The notes: generated from the letters alone by a model not told the origin. DNA of 64,000 bases from Methanobacteriota archaeon (GCA_002722595.1 PBMO01000003.1:11588-75587); one strand, 5' to 3'; shown: positions 26,093 to 35,680, counted from the first letter of the stretch. A program made the numbers and translations.

Positions 26093-28339
26093 TCAAACAA
26101 GAATCGAATCAGGATCCCGCCCACCAATCCATGCCAAAACCGGGGTTGCAACCAGTATTGGGAAACCTAGCAAGACACCAATTGCCCCCCCGAAATTGTA
26201 TGAAGATGTATCTGTGGTTGAAAGAACCGAAACCATGCCATCATCTGGATTTGTAGACGGGATAATCAGATGATATGCTGTTACATTAATTCTGAATGAT
26301 GCTTGATGTACAAGTTGAAATCCTGCATTACAATTAGTATCAGTCATCTCAACTTTCAATGTCCATGTTCCCCGGCCATGACCCCACCAAATTTCTCTTG
26401 TGATTTGATCTAACTGAACTAGAAGCGCTTCCTCTGATTCGAATCCAGTTAGATTTGCTGCTTTTGAATCAAAGGAGATATCCATACTCCCTTCCCAATC
26501 TTCTGCGATGAAACCCGATTCATTGGTTCCATCTGAAAAATTACCCCGGTCAGGCATTGAGAATGTGGTAGTCCAAACAGGCTCTCCAATTCCAAGGCAA
26601 TCATGATTTTCTAATTCAACACTAAAGAATCCAAGGAAAACTCCCCCTTCCGTAGTCGGAATATCAATTGTGGCGAGAACATTGCCACCGGTGGTGATGG
26701 TGTTGGCTGTTTCAAAGGTAATCGAGGTCTCATTCCAGCCGAGAAGGTCCCAACTCTCTTGAGTCTCTTCTGTCTCCCATTTCAACAAAACCATTGGACC
26801 CGCAAATAGCGCTGCTGAAAGCAAAATGCCTACGACACCTGTGCTGATTGCCAATCGCCGACGCGATGAATTGTCTACAGGGTCAACACCCCATGGAAGT
26901 CTAGACAACTTGTTCTGCAATTCTCGAATTTTATCAGCCAAATCAATTCGATCTTCGACTTCCTCGCCTGCTTCGAGTTTGAACTTTGAAAAATAGCGCA
27001 AACCGATTAGTGGACCAATTGCTGCAGCTGCGAACAACAATGCATAGGAATCATCCGTAACGAAAAGTAGAATCCCGCCTAAACCTACCATGATGAAAGT
27101 TGCAGAAACAGCATGGGTTGTTTGGTATAGCGACATGTGCGTGGGACCCAAACGCGGATCACTGACCTCTGCCCATACGGTGATGAATGTGTACATCATC
27201 CAGTCAGTTAGGAACAGCGTTGGCATCCAAAGAATCAGAATAGGAAGGGCTGGTGCACCTATTGCCATCAATACCGCTAGGCCAAGATAGCATACTATCG
27301 AACCAATCGCATACAAACGAAGCATCCTTGAACGCCCATAGATATCAGATAACCAAGGACCAAGGACACCAAGATACTTCGATATGATGAATACATTGGA
27401 CCAAAGTGTAATATCTGCTGCTGAGAAACCAAGAATTTCCTTCTGATAATTGATGAACCAAGTTTCAAATCCGTCTCCTAATGGTAATAAGAAACAGCAA
27501 AGGAGAACAAGCCAAGATGTTTGCGAACGCATCGCTGCAAGAATCTTTTGACTGATGGATGTGTTTTCCGGAAATTGGAGATTTACATCATCTATGGCTG
27601 ATTTCAAATCCTTTGCCACACGCATTTTCTTACCAGAATTTGGGCCCCTAAGACTTTGACCTTCTTTCATCAGAAATGTCATCGCAATACCGCTAATTGC
27701 AGCAATTAAGGCAATACATACCGCGATAATTTGTATCATGCCAAAATCAAGTTCACCATCTTTGTAGAAGGGACTCTTGGTTTCTGCAGCAACGAACCAA
27801 CCCATCAGCATAATCAGGATTGTTCCTCCTCCCCTCCACGCAAAATTGATCATAGAATTGAAGCGGCCAAGATCGGGTATACTTTCAGCCATCATACCGG
27901 CAACTGCCTGTTCTGCAAACAATCGAGGAATCATGCAAACAACAATTACACCAATGAATAACCAAGGTTGAGCTTCTAAATCGATGAATGCCAATGGAAC
28001 AAACAATATTGCATGCCCTATTGAACCGAATAACATCCAAGATCTCCTTCTGCCAAATGAAAAAGATTGCATTCTCTCCACTGGTTGTGCCCAAACAGGA
28101 CGAAGGAAAAACGGGATTTGTGCAACCATCCACATTGTGGCAACCAAATACTTGTCCATATTGTATTCGCCAATTGCTATTGTGTGAGTCCAATAGGACA
28201 TGAACCCAAAAGGAAGAATGAAACCCATGTAAAAAAACAGGCACCAGATGTATCGGAAACGGCTGTTTTCACCGACATCGATCCAACCAGACCTCAGGCT
28301 ACCCTGAGATGCCAATTCGGCCTCAAGAACGTCGGTCAT
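26093..28339 (-). CDS. AmpG/PAT-type MFS permease fused to a C-terminal extracytoplasmic domain of about 270 aa.
   Basis: About 12 TM segments are followed by one more TM and a beta-rich, sequon-containing domain. IPFFLRPVWAQPVERM...GRRRSWMLF parallels LPWTFKFLWGPVIDRF...GRRRPWILF in 40714..43323. The ATG lies at 28339, with a GTG at 28342. Confidence 0.8.
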   Translation of the reverse strand: MTDVLEAELASQGSLRSGWIDVGENSRFRYIWCLFFYMGFILPFGFMSYWTHTIAIGEYNMDKYLVATMWMVAQIPFFLRPVWAQPVERMQSFSFGRRRSWMLFGSIGHAILFVPLAFIDLEAQPWLFIGVIVVCMIPRLFAEQAVAGMMAESIPDLGRFNSMINFAWRGGGTILIMLMGWFVAAETKSPFYKDGELDFGMIQIIAVCIALIAAISGIAMTFLMKEGQSLRGPNSGKKMRVAKDLKSAIDDVNLQFPENTSISQKILAAMRSQTSWLVLLCCFLLPLGDGFETWFINYQKEILGFSAADITLWSNVFIISKYLGVLGPWLSDIYGRSRMLRLYAIGSIVCYLGLAVLMAIGAPALPILILWMPTLFLTDWMMYTFITVWAEVSDPRLGPTHMSLYQTTHAVSATFIMVGLGGILLFVTDDSYALLFAAAAIGPLIGLRYFSKFKLEAGEEVEDRIDLADKIRELQNKLSRLPWGVDPVDNSSRRRLAISTGVVGILLSAALFAGPMVLLKWETEETQESWDLLGWNETSITFETANTITTGGNVLATIDIPTTEGGVFLGFFSVELENHDCLGIGEPVWTTTFSMPDRGNFSDGTNESGFIAEDWEGSMDISFDSKAANLTGFESEEALLVQLDQITREIWWGHGRGTWTLKVEMTDTNCNAGFQLVHQASFRINVTAYHLIIPSTNPDDGMVSVLSTTDTSSYNFGGAIGVLLGFPILVATPVLAWIGGRDPDSILV

Positions 28340-28404
28340 CACGCAGCCTACGACAGCAACTCAGTCAAGAGTGTGACGGTTGAATGTGGAACAGGCTCTT
28401 GACC

Positions 28405-29214
28405 ATGAACCCTATCCCTAGTAACATGCGAGTTGTCATAACTGGCTCTGCTGGCCTCATAGGAGGCATTGTCTATGACCATCTATCTGCAATGGGTCAT
28501 CAAGTGATAGGGATTGATCGCCCACTACAGGAATGGTTAGCAGCAGGCAGAAATGTAGAGGATGAAATGGCGCGTAAGAGGGTGGACTGTGAAATCGATT
28601 TGTCAAAAATTTCCGACTCTGAATTGTGCGCAATCCTAGAGGGAGCTGATTGTTTAATTCATCTTGCAGCGGATGCAAATCCCTCTAATTCGGATTCGTC
28701 GATGATTCGAAACAATATCGAGTTGACTACAACGATATTCAGGTGTGCAAGAGACATACAAATTAGGAGGATTATTGTTGCTTCAAGTGGACTTTCGCAA
28801 GTAGGGCTTGAACCTTTGTTTGAGAAAGGAGGGCCAATGCATGGAAAATTAATCCAGATTGAGGATGGAATTGCACCAACTTCAACGTATGGTGCTTCGA
28901 AAATATATGCAGAGATAATGGCAGAAATGCATTCGAGAACTCATGGCATAGAAACTATTGCTGTTAGAATTGGAACTGTTATACCAGATGAAACAGAACA
29001 TTGGCGCAGAGGAGGTCGACTACAGGCCACCGCATTTTTGGCAGAAGATGTTCGCAGATTCTTTGAAGCAGCTTTACAAAATCCAATAGATGGATACTTG
29101 CTAACGTCTGCTCAATCAGACTCACCAGGTAGGTTTCTTGACCTTGAACCTGGGCTTTCGGTACTCAATTGGTCACCAATAACTTGGCCAATTGGCCCAG
29201 AGAATCTGAAATGA
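28405..29214 (+). CDS. NAD-dependent SDR of the epimerase/dehydratase family, uronate-dehydrogenase-like.
   Basis: It has VVITGSAGLIGG (Rossmann fold) and YGASKIYAE (YxxxK). The AVRIGT...FLAEDV tail resembles Udh. An alternative ATG lies at 28426. Confidence 0.72.
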   Translation: MNPIPSNMRVVITGSAGLIGGIVYDHLSAMGHQVIGIDRPLQEWLAAGRNVEDEMARKRVDCEIDLSKISDSELCAILEGADCLIHLAADANPSNSDSSMIRNNIELTTTIFRCARDIQIRRIIVASSGLSQVGLEPLFEKGGPMHGKLIQIEDGIAPTSTYGASKIYAEIMAEMHSRTHGIETIAVRIGTVIPDETEHWRRGGRLQATAFLAEDVRRFFEAALQNPIDGYLLTSAQSDSPGRFLDLEPGLSVLNWSPITWPIGPENLK

Positions 29215-31220
29215 ACCTGTTCGTACCCCCGCCGTCCATGAGTGGTAAAGTCACCCTGGGTATTGATGTAGGGACTACTGCCACAAAGGCACTATTACTT
29301 TCAGAAGATTCCAGTTGGGAATTGCATTCATGGCCATCAGATGAAAGCCTATGGGGAAATCTTCGAAATTGGTTGGCTGAGAAAAAATGCCAAATCGAAC
29401 GTGTAGGTATTACAACTCATGGCCCATCGGTAGTTGTGATTAACGAAAGAGGAATACAAGGTAAACCGATATATTGGTTTGATGAAATACCCGAGAGTTG
29501 TATTCGAGAAAATGAAGGTGAACATATACTCCCGCAAACTAGGGCTTGGGTTCCGTCCAGAATTGCACAATGGATAGTTGAAAATGGTCCATTAAATGAT
29601 GGCATTGCTGTTCAACTTAAGGACATGTACAACTGGGAACTTACCGGCAATATTGCAAGAGATTCTCGATCGATGCGAGGTTTTTCTAGTGAAGAATACA
29701 TGCATCTCCCAGAGAATGTGATCGGTAAAGTGACAAAGAAAGGATCTGAATTATCAGGAATTGATGAAGGTGCTGAAGTCATATGTGGTTGCGATGATTT
29801 AACTGCAGGAGTCCTTGGTATCGGCGCCCATGAAGGTGTATTATTCAATCTAGCAAATACCTCTGAACATGTTGGCCAAGTTGGGGGGAGATATATCGAT
29901 GGCATGAGTTGGTTACCACCACTAGGCCGCTTGCCATCAATAAGTTACAATGCCACTCCTGGAAGAAAACAAAATCAACCACTGGACCAAAACTCTGAAT
30001 CTGTTGACCTGATTCGTGAAAAATTTCCTGAACTTGAAATGTGGATGGGGGGTGGTCTTACTAATGTCCAGTCAATCGTTGATTCAAGACACGCAAAAGT
30101 CTGTGCAGGGGCAGAAGTTAGTGCATTGGGTGTAGCAAAGTTGGCAAGGAAACAAAAACAGGCAGTCATATTTGGTGCCGGAAAGGTAGGAAGAGGTTTT
30201 CTTGCACAATTGCTGGTAAGATCGGGTTGGAAGATCATCATCTCTGATACACATTTACCTACGATCCAAGAATTGAAAAAATCTGGGCAATGGACAATAT
30301 TCAATCTGTACACTGGAGAAGAGGATTTGATTACTGCAGATGGGATTTTCCTCAATGAAAATATTACTGAAAGTGTGTTGAGGGATACGTCACTAATTAT
30401 GACTTCAATGGGGGCGAACCATCTAGAAAAATGGGCACACGATATCCGTGAAATTTTGTGTGATAGGCTCGAACAAGGTTGCATCGATTTGATTCTTGCC
30501 GAAAATCATCCAAGACCTGCAGAGGCAGTACGTTTGGCTCTCCTAGAAAATGCAACCGAATATCAAGAAAAATTGATTGAACAAAATCTTGGAATATCTC
30601 AAGCACAGGTATTGCGTTCATGTATAGAACCTGATTTGTCTCAAAAACCGACGACTGTGCAAATCCAAAACCACTGGACTTTGCCAATGGATGGTGATGC
30701 TCTACTTACGAAACTAGATGTTTTGGGGTTCAATCCACTACCGAATTTTGAGAAGGAGTTGACGCGTAAACTTTTCACGTACAATTGTGTAAATGCAATG
30801 ATATGCTATATTGGATATCTGAAGGGGTATGAATGGCTATCAGAAGCAGCTAATGATGAATATATCTCTAATCTTGCTCTAAAGGCCGGAATGGAATCTT
30901 CAGCAGCACTGGTATCTGCATATAAATTCGAAAAACACGAACAAGAACATTGGTGCAATGAGGCATTGAAAAAATATCAAGACAGGAGTATTAGAGACCC
31001 AATCGAACGCAATGCAAGGGATCCTATCAGGAAATTAGGCCCCTATGAGCGTTTACTCGGACCAATTAATCTTTGCAAAAAAGAGGGTTTGCCCTTTGAT
31101 ACACTACTAATTGGTGTTGCAGCAGCACTCAGATACCCTGGAGCCAAAATACATCATGAACTCAATCTTGAGGGGGCATCAATACAACTTGATTCTCTAC
31201 TTGCCACAGAATCAATTTGA
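29211..31220 (+). CDS. Fusion protein: compact FGGY-family carbohydrate kinase (N-terminal about 325 aa) joined to a mannitol-dehydrogenase-family oxidoreductase (MtlD/UxuB-like, C-terminal about 345 aa).
   Basis: The kinase half has VTLGIDVGTTATKALLL and MGGGLTN...SALGVAKLA (FGGY N and C motifs). The dehydrogenase half has AVIFGAGKVGRGFLAQLL, KLFTYNCVNAMICYIGYLKGY and DPIRKLGPYERLLGP (MtlD family). The ATG at 29211 overlaps the upstream stop (ATGA). Confidence 0.75.
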   Translation: MNLFVPPPSMSGKVTLGIDVGTTATKALLLSEDSSWELHSWPSDESLWGNLRNWLAEKKCQIERVGITTHGPSVVVINERGIQGKPIYWFDEIPESCIRENEGEHILPQTRAWVPSRIAQWIVENGPLNDGIAVQLKDMYNWELTGNIARDSRSMRGFSSEEYMHLPENVIGKVTKKGSELSGIDEGAEVICGCDDLTAGVLGIGAHEGVLFNLANTSEHVGQVGGRYIDGMSWLPPLGRLPSISYNATPGRKQNQPLDQNSESVDLIREKFPELEMWMGGGLTNVQSIVDSRHAKVCAGAEVSALGVAKLARKQKQAVIFGAGKVGRGFLAQLLVRSGWKIIISDTHLPTIQELKKSGQWTIFNLYTGEEDLITADGIFLNENITESVLRDTSLIMTSMGANHLEKWAHDIREILCDRLEQGCIDLILAENHPRPAEAVRLALLENATEYQEKLIEQNLGISQAQVLRSCIEPDLSQKPTTVQIQNHWTLPMDGDALLTKLDVLGFNPLPNFEKELTRKLFTYNCVNAMICYIGYLKGYEWLSEAANDEYISNLALKAGMESSAALVSAYKFEKHEQEHWCNEALKKYQDRSIRDPIERNARDPIRKLGPYERLLGPINLCKKEGLPFDTLLIGVAAALRYPGAKIHHELNLEGASIQLDSLLATESI

Positions 31221-31246
31221 TAGGCATTAGTTGACCTTGAGGTGAC

Positions 31247-34200
31247 ATGGCACCACCTGACACCACCGATGAAGAAGATGAGGGTGTGGAGAATCAGCCA
31301 AGAGGACCACCATCCCGTGGCCCACCACCAAGAGGACCGCCCAATAGTGGGCCACCTGCCCGCAGCCCCCCATCCGGGCCGCCATCTGGGCCACCATCCG
31401 GGCCGCCATCTGGGCCACCATCCGGGCCGCCATCTCGGCCACCATCTCGGCCACCATCCGGGCCGCCGAGAAAAGCACCTCCAAGTGAAAAATTCCAACC
31501 ACCTGTTTCTGAACCTGAACCTGAACCACTGGAAACACCTGAACCAGAATCTGAAGGAATAGAAGAACCTGAAATCGAGAATACTCCAGATAAGCCTGTA
31601 AAGCGTGGTCCGCCCAACAGAGGACCGCCTGTACGGAGAGGACCACCATCAAGAGGTCCGCCTGTAAACAAGTCACCACCCTCGGATGTAGAATTAGAGC
31701 TCACCTCAGGAGCCCCGACCACATTTGATTCAGCATTAGCCAAAATGACTGGAGGTGAGCCCGAGGTTATTGTCGATGCTGAAGAATTGGCTGCACAAGA
31801 AATGGCTGAAGCCAAGACAATAGCTGAGGAAACTGCTGCTGCTGTTGAAGAAGAAAGTGGAAAATGGGAAGAAATTGAAGAGGAAGAGGAAGAACCACTT
31901 CCTGATATTGAGCCACTCCCAAGTGAACCCGCTGAAGGAAGTCGATATCCTAAATTGAAGAAAGCAGCAACTGGACGTCTCAAAGATGCGCCATTGACAG
32001 GACACATTGTCCCACACACTCATTGGGATCGGGCTTGGTATCTCCCATTTCAAAAATATCGCTACAAACTAGTTGAGTTGGTTGATGACCTATTGGATTT
32101 GCTTGAAAATAATCCAAAGGCTTACCCAACGTTTGAACTCGATGGGCAAACTGTAGTGTTAGAGGATTATCTTGAAGTTAAGCCGGAAAATGCTGCACGC
32201 ATTACTAAATTAGTGCAGAAAGGGCGATTGAATATTGGCCCATGGTATGTCCTTCCTGATGAATATATTGTGGGTGGAGAAGCTCTAGTACGTAACCTAC
32301 TGATGGGGCATAGAACTGCACAGCGCTGGGGAGGGAGATCTGAGGTTGGATATGTCCCGGACCCATTTGGGCATGTATCCCAATTACCGGCAATTCTGAA
32401 AGGAGCTGGTTTGGATTCGTTCATTTTTACTCGAGGAGCAGGTCCTTGGATTCAAGAAGCTGGCGGTATTTTCAACTGGTATGCCAGTGATGGGAAAACG
32501 AAGGTCCTAGCAGTACAACAAGTTCCTGATTACCCCTCGTTGATGGCTTGGGGCTTTGAAGAGCGGCCACTTGACCGTAAGGATTCTACAGATGTTAACG
32601 TTGATACTGCGATGGAAAGAATGCAGCGATTAATGGATAAGCATGAAGCAATGGGTTGGAAGCCCGATGTACTCTTGTTTGGCCAAGGAAGCGATCACAC
32701 CCACCCCCAACCAACACTCCCAATGTTAATTGGAAAAGCAAGTCAGAAGTTTAACGGGAAAATTCGATTTGAGCATTCATCATTCCCTGCCTATATCGAG
32801 GCACTGAAAAGTTGGTTAGGGAAAAAGAAGGTCTTCAAGTATCAAGGTGAACTGCATTCTGGATGGGATCGAAATATCCTTTCAGGAGTATTTAGTGCAC
32901 GGTTGTATCTCAAGAGAAGCAATGACCAAACAATGCGATTGCTAAGTGACCGAATTGAGCAATTGAGCGCGATTTCATGTGCACAAGGAGGACGATTCAG
33001 AGGTGGGCGGCTTGACTTGGCTTGGCGAGAGGTACTCCGAAACCATCCCCATGATGATATCTGTGGATGTAGTGTTGATGAGACCCATGATGACATGGAT
33101 GTTCGATTTAAACACGCGCAACAAATCTGTGCAATGCTCGAAGATGACCTCAGACTTGAGTTGCGTGAACAGATGGATTTGAGTCATGAGGACAGAGATG
33201 CCGTTCCCGTATTGCTGCACAACCCATTGGCTAAGGCTTGGTCAGGTACACTGACTATTGATCTCGCAGTACCTAAGTTCAGGTGTTGGTTGGATCATGG
33301 ACTTCCTGTGAAAATCGAATTAGCATCACCAGCTGGAGACTTCAAGGTACACACGTCTGGCCTACAAATAACTCCAAAATCATGGGACTTGCATGTACAT
33401 CATGATCGTGTTGCAAATGTAGAACTACCGCGTGTAATCGGTAGAATCCATGTCCATCGCTTACCTCCGGGCCTATCCGTTGCACATATTCTTCCAGGTC
33501 GAGGTTCATACAACATGCCTGCTGAACCTGTCAATTTAGGAGGTGAATTTGGCAGAACAGATTGGATGGATAATGGCCTTGTACGCGTGCTATTCAGAGC
33601 AGATGGGAGATTCGACGTACTAGATCATTCAACTGGACGGCATATTGTTGGCGCAGGTCGATTGGAGGATTCCGAGGATGCAGGAGATTCCTACGATTGG
33701 TCAGCTGGAGGGCATCCTGTACCACAAGCAGCGGGACGTGGAGATAAAATGAGCGAGAGAGTATCAGCATTGGATTCTAGATTTGCAGATGCTGAAGAAG
33801 GTAATCGGCAAGTTTACCTCACTATCGAAAATCATGATGATTGGACTGCTACTGTTAGACTTCACATTGCTTGGGCACTACCCGCAAGATTCGATGACAT
33901 CACTCAGAAACGAAGTGAAGAAATGGAATGGAATACCATTGACCACTACATCACAATGCGGAGTGGGCACTCAATGGTTGAAGTGGAAACATGGGTCAAC
34001 AATACCTGCGAAGACCACCGTTTGCGTTTACACGTACCAACTGGTGTAAATTGCAAGAGTGTTTTTGCAGGTGGAGCATTTGATGTGATAGAAAGACCTG
34101 CTAATTGGCCACACCATGCGGATTGGGAACAGCCACATGTACCTACTCAGCATTTCAGCGACATGGTAATGGCGCAAGACAAGGGTGGTGGAGTTGCAAT

Positions 34201-34804
34201 ATTCTGCCCTGGTTCTAATGAATACGAAGCCATAACTGGTGAAGATGGGACCACATTAGCAATCACATTGCTGCGATCAACTGGATATCTTAGCCGAGAT
34301 GGATTCGCGAGTCGGAGAAATAGGGCTGGACCTGTTTTTGCAGCACCAGGTGCACAGTGCAAAGGTGCATCTTGGACTAGATGGGGAATTATGGCGTATG
34401 AAGACAGTTGGGCTGATGCAAATGTACACCAAATTGCCGAGACATATGCATGCCAAGTGAGCATTCTTTCTGCACTTCCACGCCCACAACTAGATGGAGA
34501 ATTTGATGAAGTTTGTACTCCCGGTTCAAAGGGTAAACGTATGCAATCAATACGGTTGGTTGGAACTGGTCCAATGCCAATAATTTCCTGCATGAAACCC
34601 GCTGCTGATGGTAATGGGAGTGTTGTTCGCCTTTACAACCCGACTGATGAAACATGGGAAGGAAGAATTGAAACAGATCTACCCTTGTTCAATGTGCGAG
34701 GTTGTGATTTATTAGAAAATGAAACCACTAAACCTCGTATTTCGAAATCGGGATGGCCTGCAAAGTTAGGCCCAAAGTCGATTGGAACATGGCGATTCAA
34801 CTGA
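31247..34804 (+). CDS. GH38 alpha-mannosidase-family glycoside hydrolase with a disordered Pro-rich/acidic N-terminal extension of about 250 aa and no signal peptide.
   Basis: GHIVPHTHWDRAWYLPF is the GH38 N-terminal signature. The remaining 930 aa or so are collinear with cytosolic GH38 enzymes. A GAGGTGA box lies upstream of the ATG. Confidence 0.85.
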   Translation: MAPPDTTDEEDEGVENQPRGPPSRGPPPRGPPNSGPPARSPPSGPPSGPPSGPPSGPPSGPPSRPPSRPPSGPPRKAPPSEKFQPPVSEPEPEPLETPEPESEGIEEPEIENTPDKPVKRGPPNRGPPVRRGPPSRGPPVNKSPPSDVELELTSGAPTTFDSALAKMTGGEPEVIVDAEELAAQEMAEAKTIAEETAAAVEEESGKWEEIEEEEEEPLPDIEPLPSEPAEGSRYPKLKKAATGRLKDAPLTGHIVPHTHWDRAWYLPFQKYRYKLVELVDDLLDLLENNPKAYPTFELDGQTVVLEDYLEVKPENAARITKLVQKGRLNIGPWYVLPDEYIVGGEALVRNLLMGHRTAQRWGGRSEVGYVPDPFGHVSQLPAILKGAGLDSFIFTRGAGPWIQEAGGIFNWYASDGKTKVLAVQQVPDYPSLMAWGFEERPLDRKDSTDVNVDTAMERMQRLMDKHEAMGWKPDVLLFGQGSDHTHPQPTLPMLIGKASQKFNGKIRFEHSSFPAYIEALKSWLGKKKVFKYQGELHSGWDRNILSGVFSARLYLKRSNDQTMRLLSDRIEQLSAISCAQGGRFRGGRLDLAWREVLRNHPHDDICGCSVDETHDDMDVRFKHAQQICAMLEDDLRLELREQMDLSHEDRDAVPVLLHNPLAKAWSGTLTIDLAVPKFRCWLDHGLPVKIELASPAGDFKVHTSGLQITPKSWDLHVHHDRVANVELPRVIGRIHVHRLPPGLSVAHILPGRGSYNMPAEPVNLGGEFGRTDWMDNGLVRVLFRADGRFDVLDHSTGRHIVGAGRLEDSEDAGDSYDWSAGGHPVPQAAGRGDKMSERVSALDSRFADAEEGNRQVYLTIENHDDWTATVRLHIAWALPARFDDITQKRSEEMEWNTIDHYITMRSGHSMVEVETWVNNTCEDHRLRLHVPTGVNCKSVFAGGAFDVIERPANWPHHADWEQPHVPTQHFSDMVMAQDKGGGVAIFCPGSNEYEAITGEDGTTLAITLLRSTGYLSRDGFASRRNRAGPVFAAPGAQCKGASWTRWGIMAYEDSWADANVHQIAETYACQVSILSALPRPQLDGEFDEVCTPGSKGKRMQSIRLVGTGPMPIISCMKPAADGNGSVVRLYNPTDETWEGRIETDLPLFNVRGCDLLENETTKPRISKSGWPAKLGPKSIGTWRFN
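31371..31467 (+). repeat. In-frame tandem repeat, 12-bp period (24-bp perfect unit catccgggccgccatctgggccac x2, then variants), encoding (GPPS)n.
   Basis: This was read directly. The 24-mer at 31371-31394 equals that at 31395-31418, and 31419-31442 differs by one base. The peptide is PPSGPPSGPPSGPPSGPPSGPPSRPPSRPPSGPP. Confidence 0.9.
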
Positions 34805-35680
34805 ATGGAGGTTATACTGGTGAAACGCATAGATGCACATGCACCTGTGAGAATTGATTTGGCAGGAGGTTGGACGGATGTCCCACCCTATACACATGAT
34901 GTAGGTGGTGAAGTCGTAAATGTTGCAATTAACATATATGCACATGCTAACCTAGAAGTTGATAGTGATGGAATTCTAACGGTGAGTTACCGATGCGATG
35001 CACCTGTTGGGTCGGGGCTTGGAACAACGGGGGCAATAAATGTCGCATTAATGGCAGCAATTTCCAATTCGGAAGATGCTGAAGAGAAGGCGTATCAATT
35101 TGAGGCACTGCTAGGAAACACAGGTGGAAGACAAGATCAATGGGCAGCAAAATGTGGTGGCTTTAATCACCTCATGTTCATCGGTGATGCTGTAGAAGAA
35201 CTACCATTTGACCCACCTAGAAGTGCAAAATTCTGGCTGCACAAACATCTCATAGTTGCCAATACTGGAATCCCTCACGTAAGTGGAGATCTACACAAAA
35301 ATATATGGAAAAAATATGTCGAAAAAGACCCTGGAGTAATTGATGGTTTGATGAAAATACGTATGGCTGCAAGGAAAATGGCACAGGGTTTGGACCAAGA
35401 TCGTAGGGATTTAGTTGTCGAAGCATTCAGTGAAGTTTGTGAAGGTGTTGATGCCCTTGATCCTGCTTTACACGACCCCTTTAGGAGCGTAGTTGAACCG
35501 ATGCTCCAAAGCCGTGATATAATGGGTTGGAAAGCACTTGGAGCCGGTGGTGGCGGTTGTGTTGCGATGTTGTGTGCACCAAATCGGCAAGATTCTGTTA
35601 AAGCAATATGCGAAGATGCTGGCTGGTCAATTTTGGACTGGGACTATGACGAGATAGGATTAGTTGTCAATGCCAACTAA
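34805..35680 (+). CDS. GHMP-family sugar kinase, fucokinase-type.
   Basis: APVRIDLAGGWTDVPPY is the fucokinase-type N-terminal motif. PVGSGLGTTGA is GHMP motif II. GAGGGG lies near the C-terminus. The start abuts the GH38 stop. Confidence 0.8.
   Translation: MEVILVKRIDAHAPVRIDLAGGWTDVPPYTHDVGGEVVNVAINIYAHANLEVDSDGILTVSYRCDAPVGSGLGTTGAINVALMAAISNSEDAEEKAYQFEALLGNTGGRQDQWAAKCGGFNHLMFIGDAVEELPFDPPRSAKFWLHKHLIVANTGIPHVSGDLHKNIWKKYVEKDPGVIDGLMKIRMAARKMAQGLDQDRRDLVVEAFSEVCEGVDALDPALHDPFRSVVEPMLQSRDIMGWKALGAGGGGCVAMLCAPNRQDSVKAICEDAGWSILDWDYDEIGLVVNAN

Noticed and set aside
31371-31467. Could the regular short repeats be a CRISPR array or a minisatellite outside genes?
   Set aside because: The period is 12/24 bp with no unique spacers. 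The repeat is entirely in frame within a long ORF, and no cas genes are in the window. It is a coding tandem repeat.
31154-32053. Cluster of overlapping ORFs on both strands (31154..31498, 31227..31679, 31242..31562, 31294..32019, 31736..32053) with repetitive W/R/P- or H/G/P-rich products.
   Set aside because: They arise because the (GPPS)n and acidic repeats lack stops in several frames. Only the frame continuous with the GH38 catalytic domain (31247..34804) is supported.
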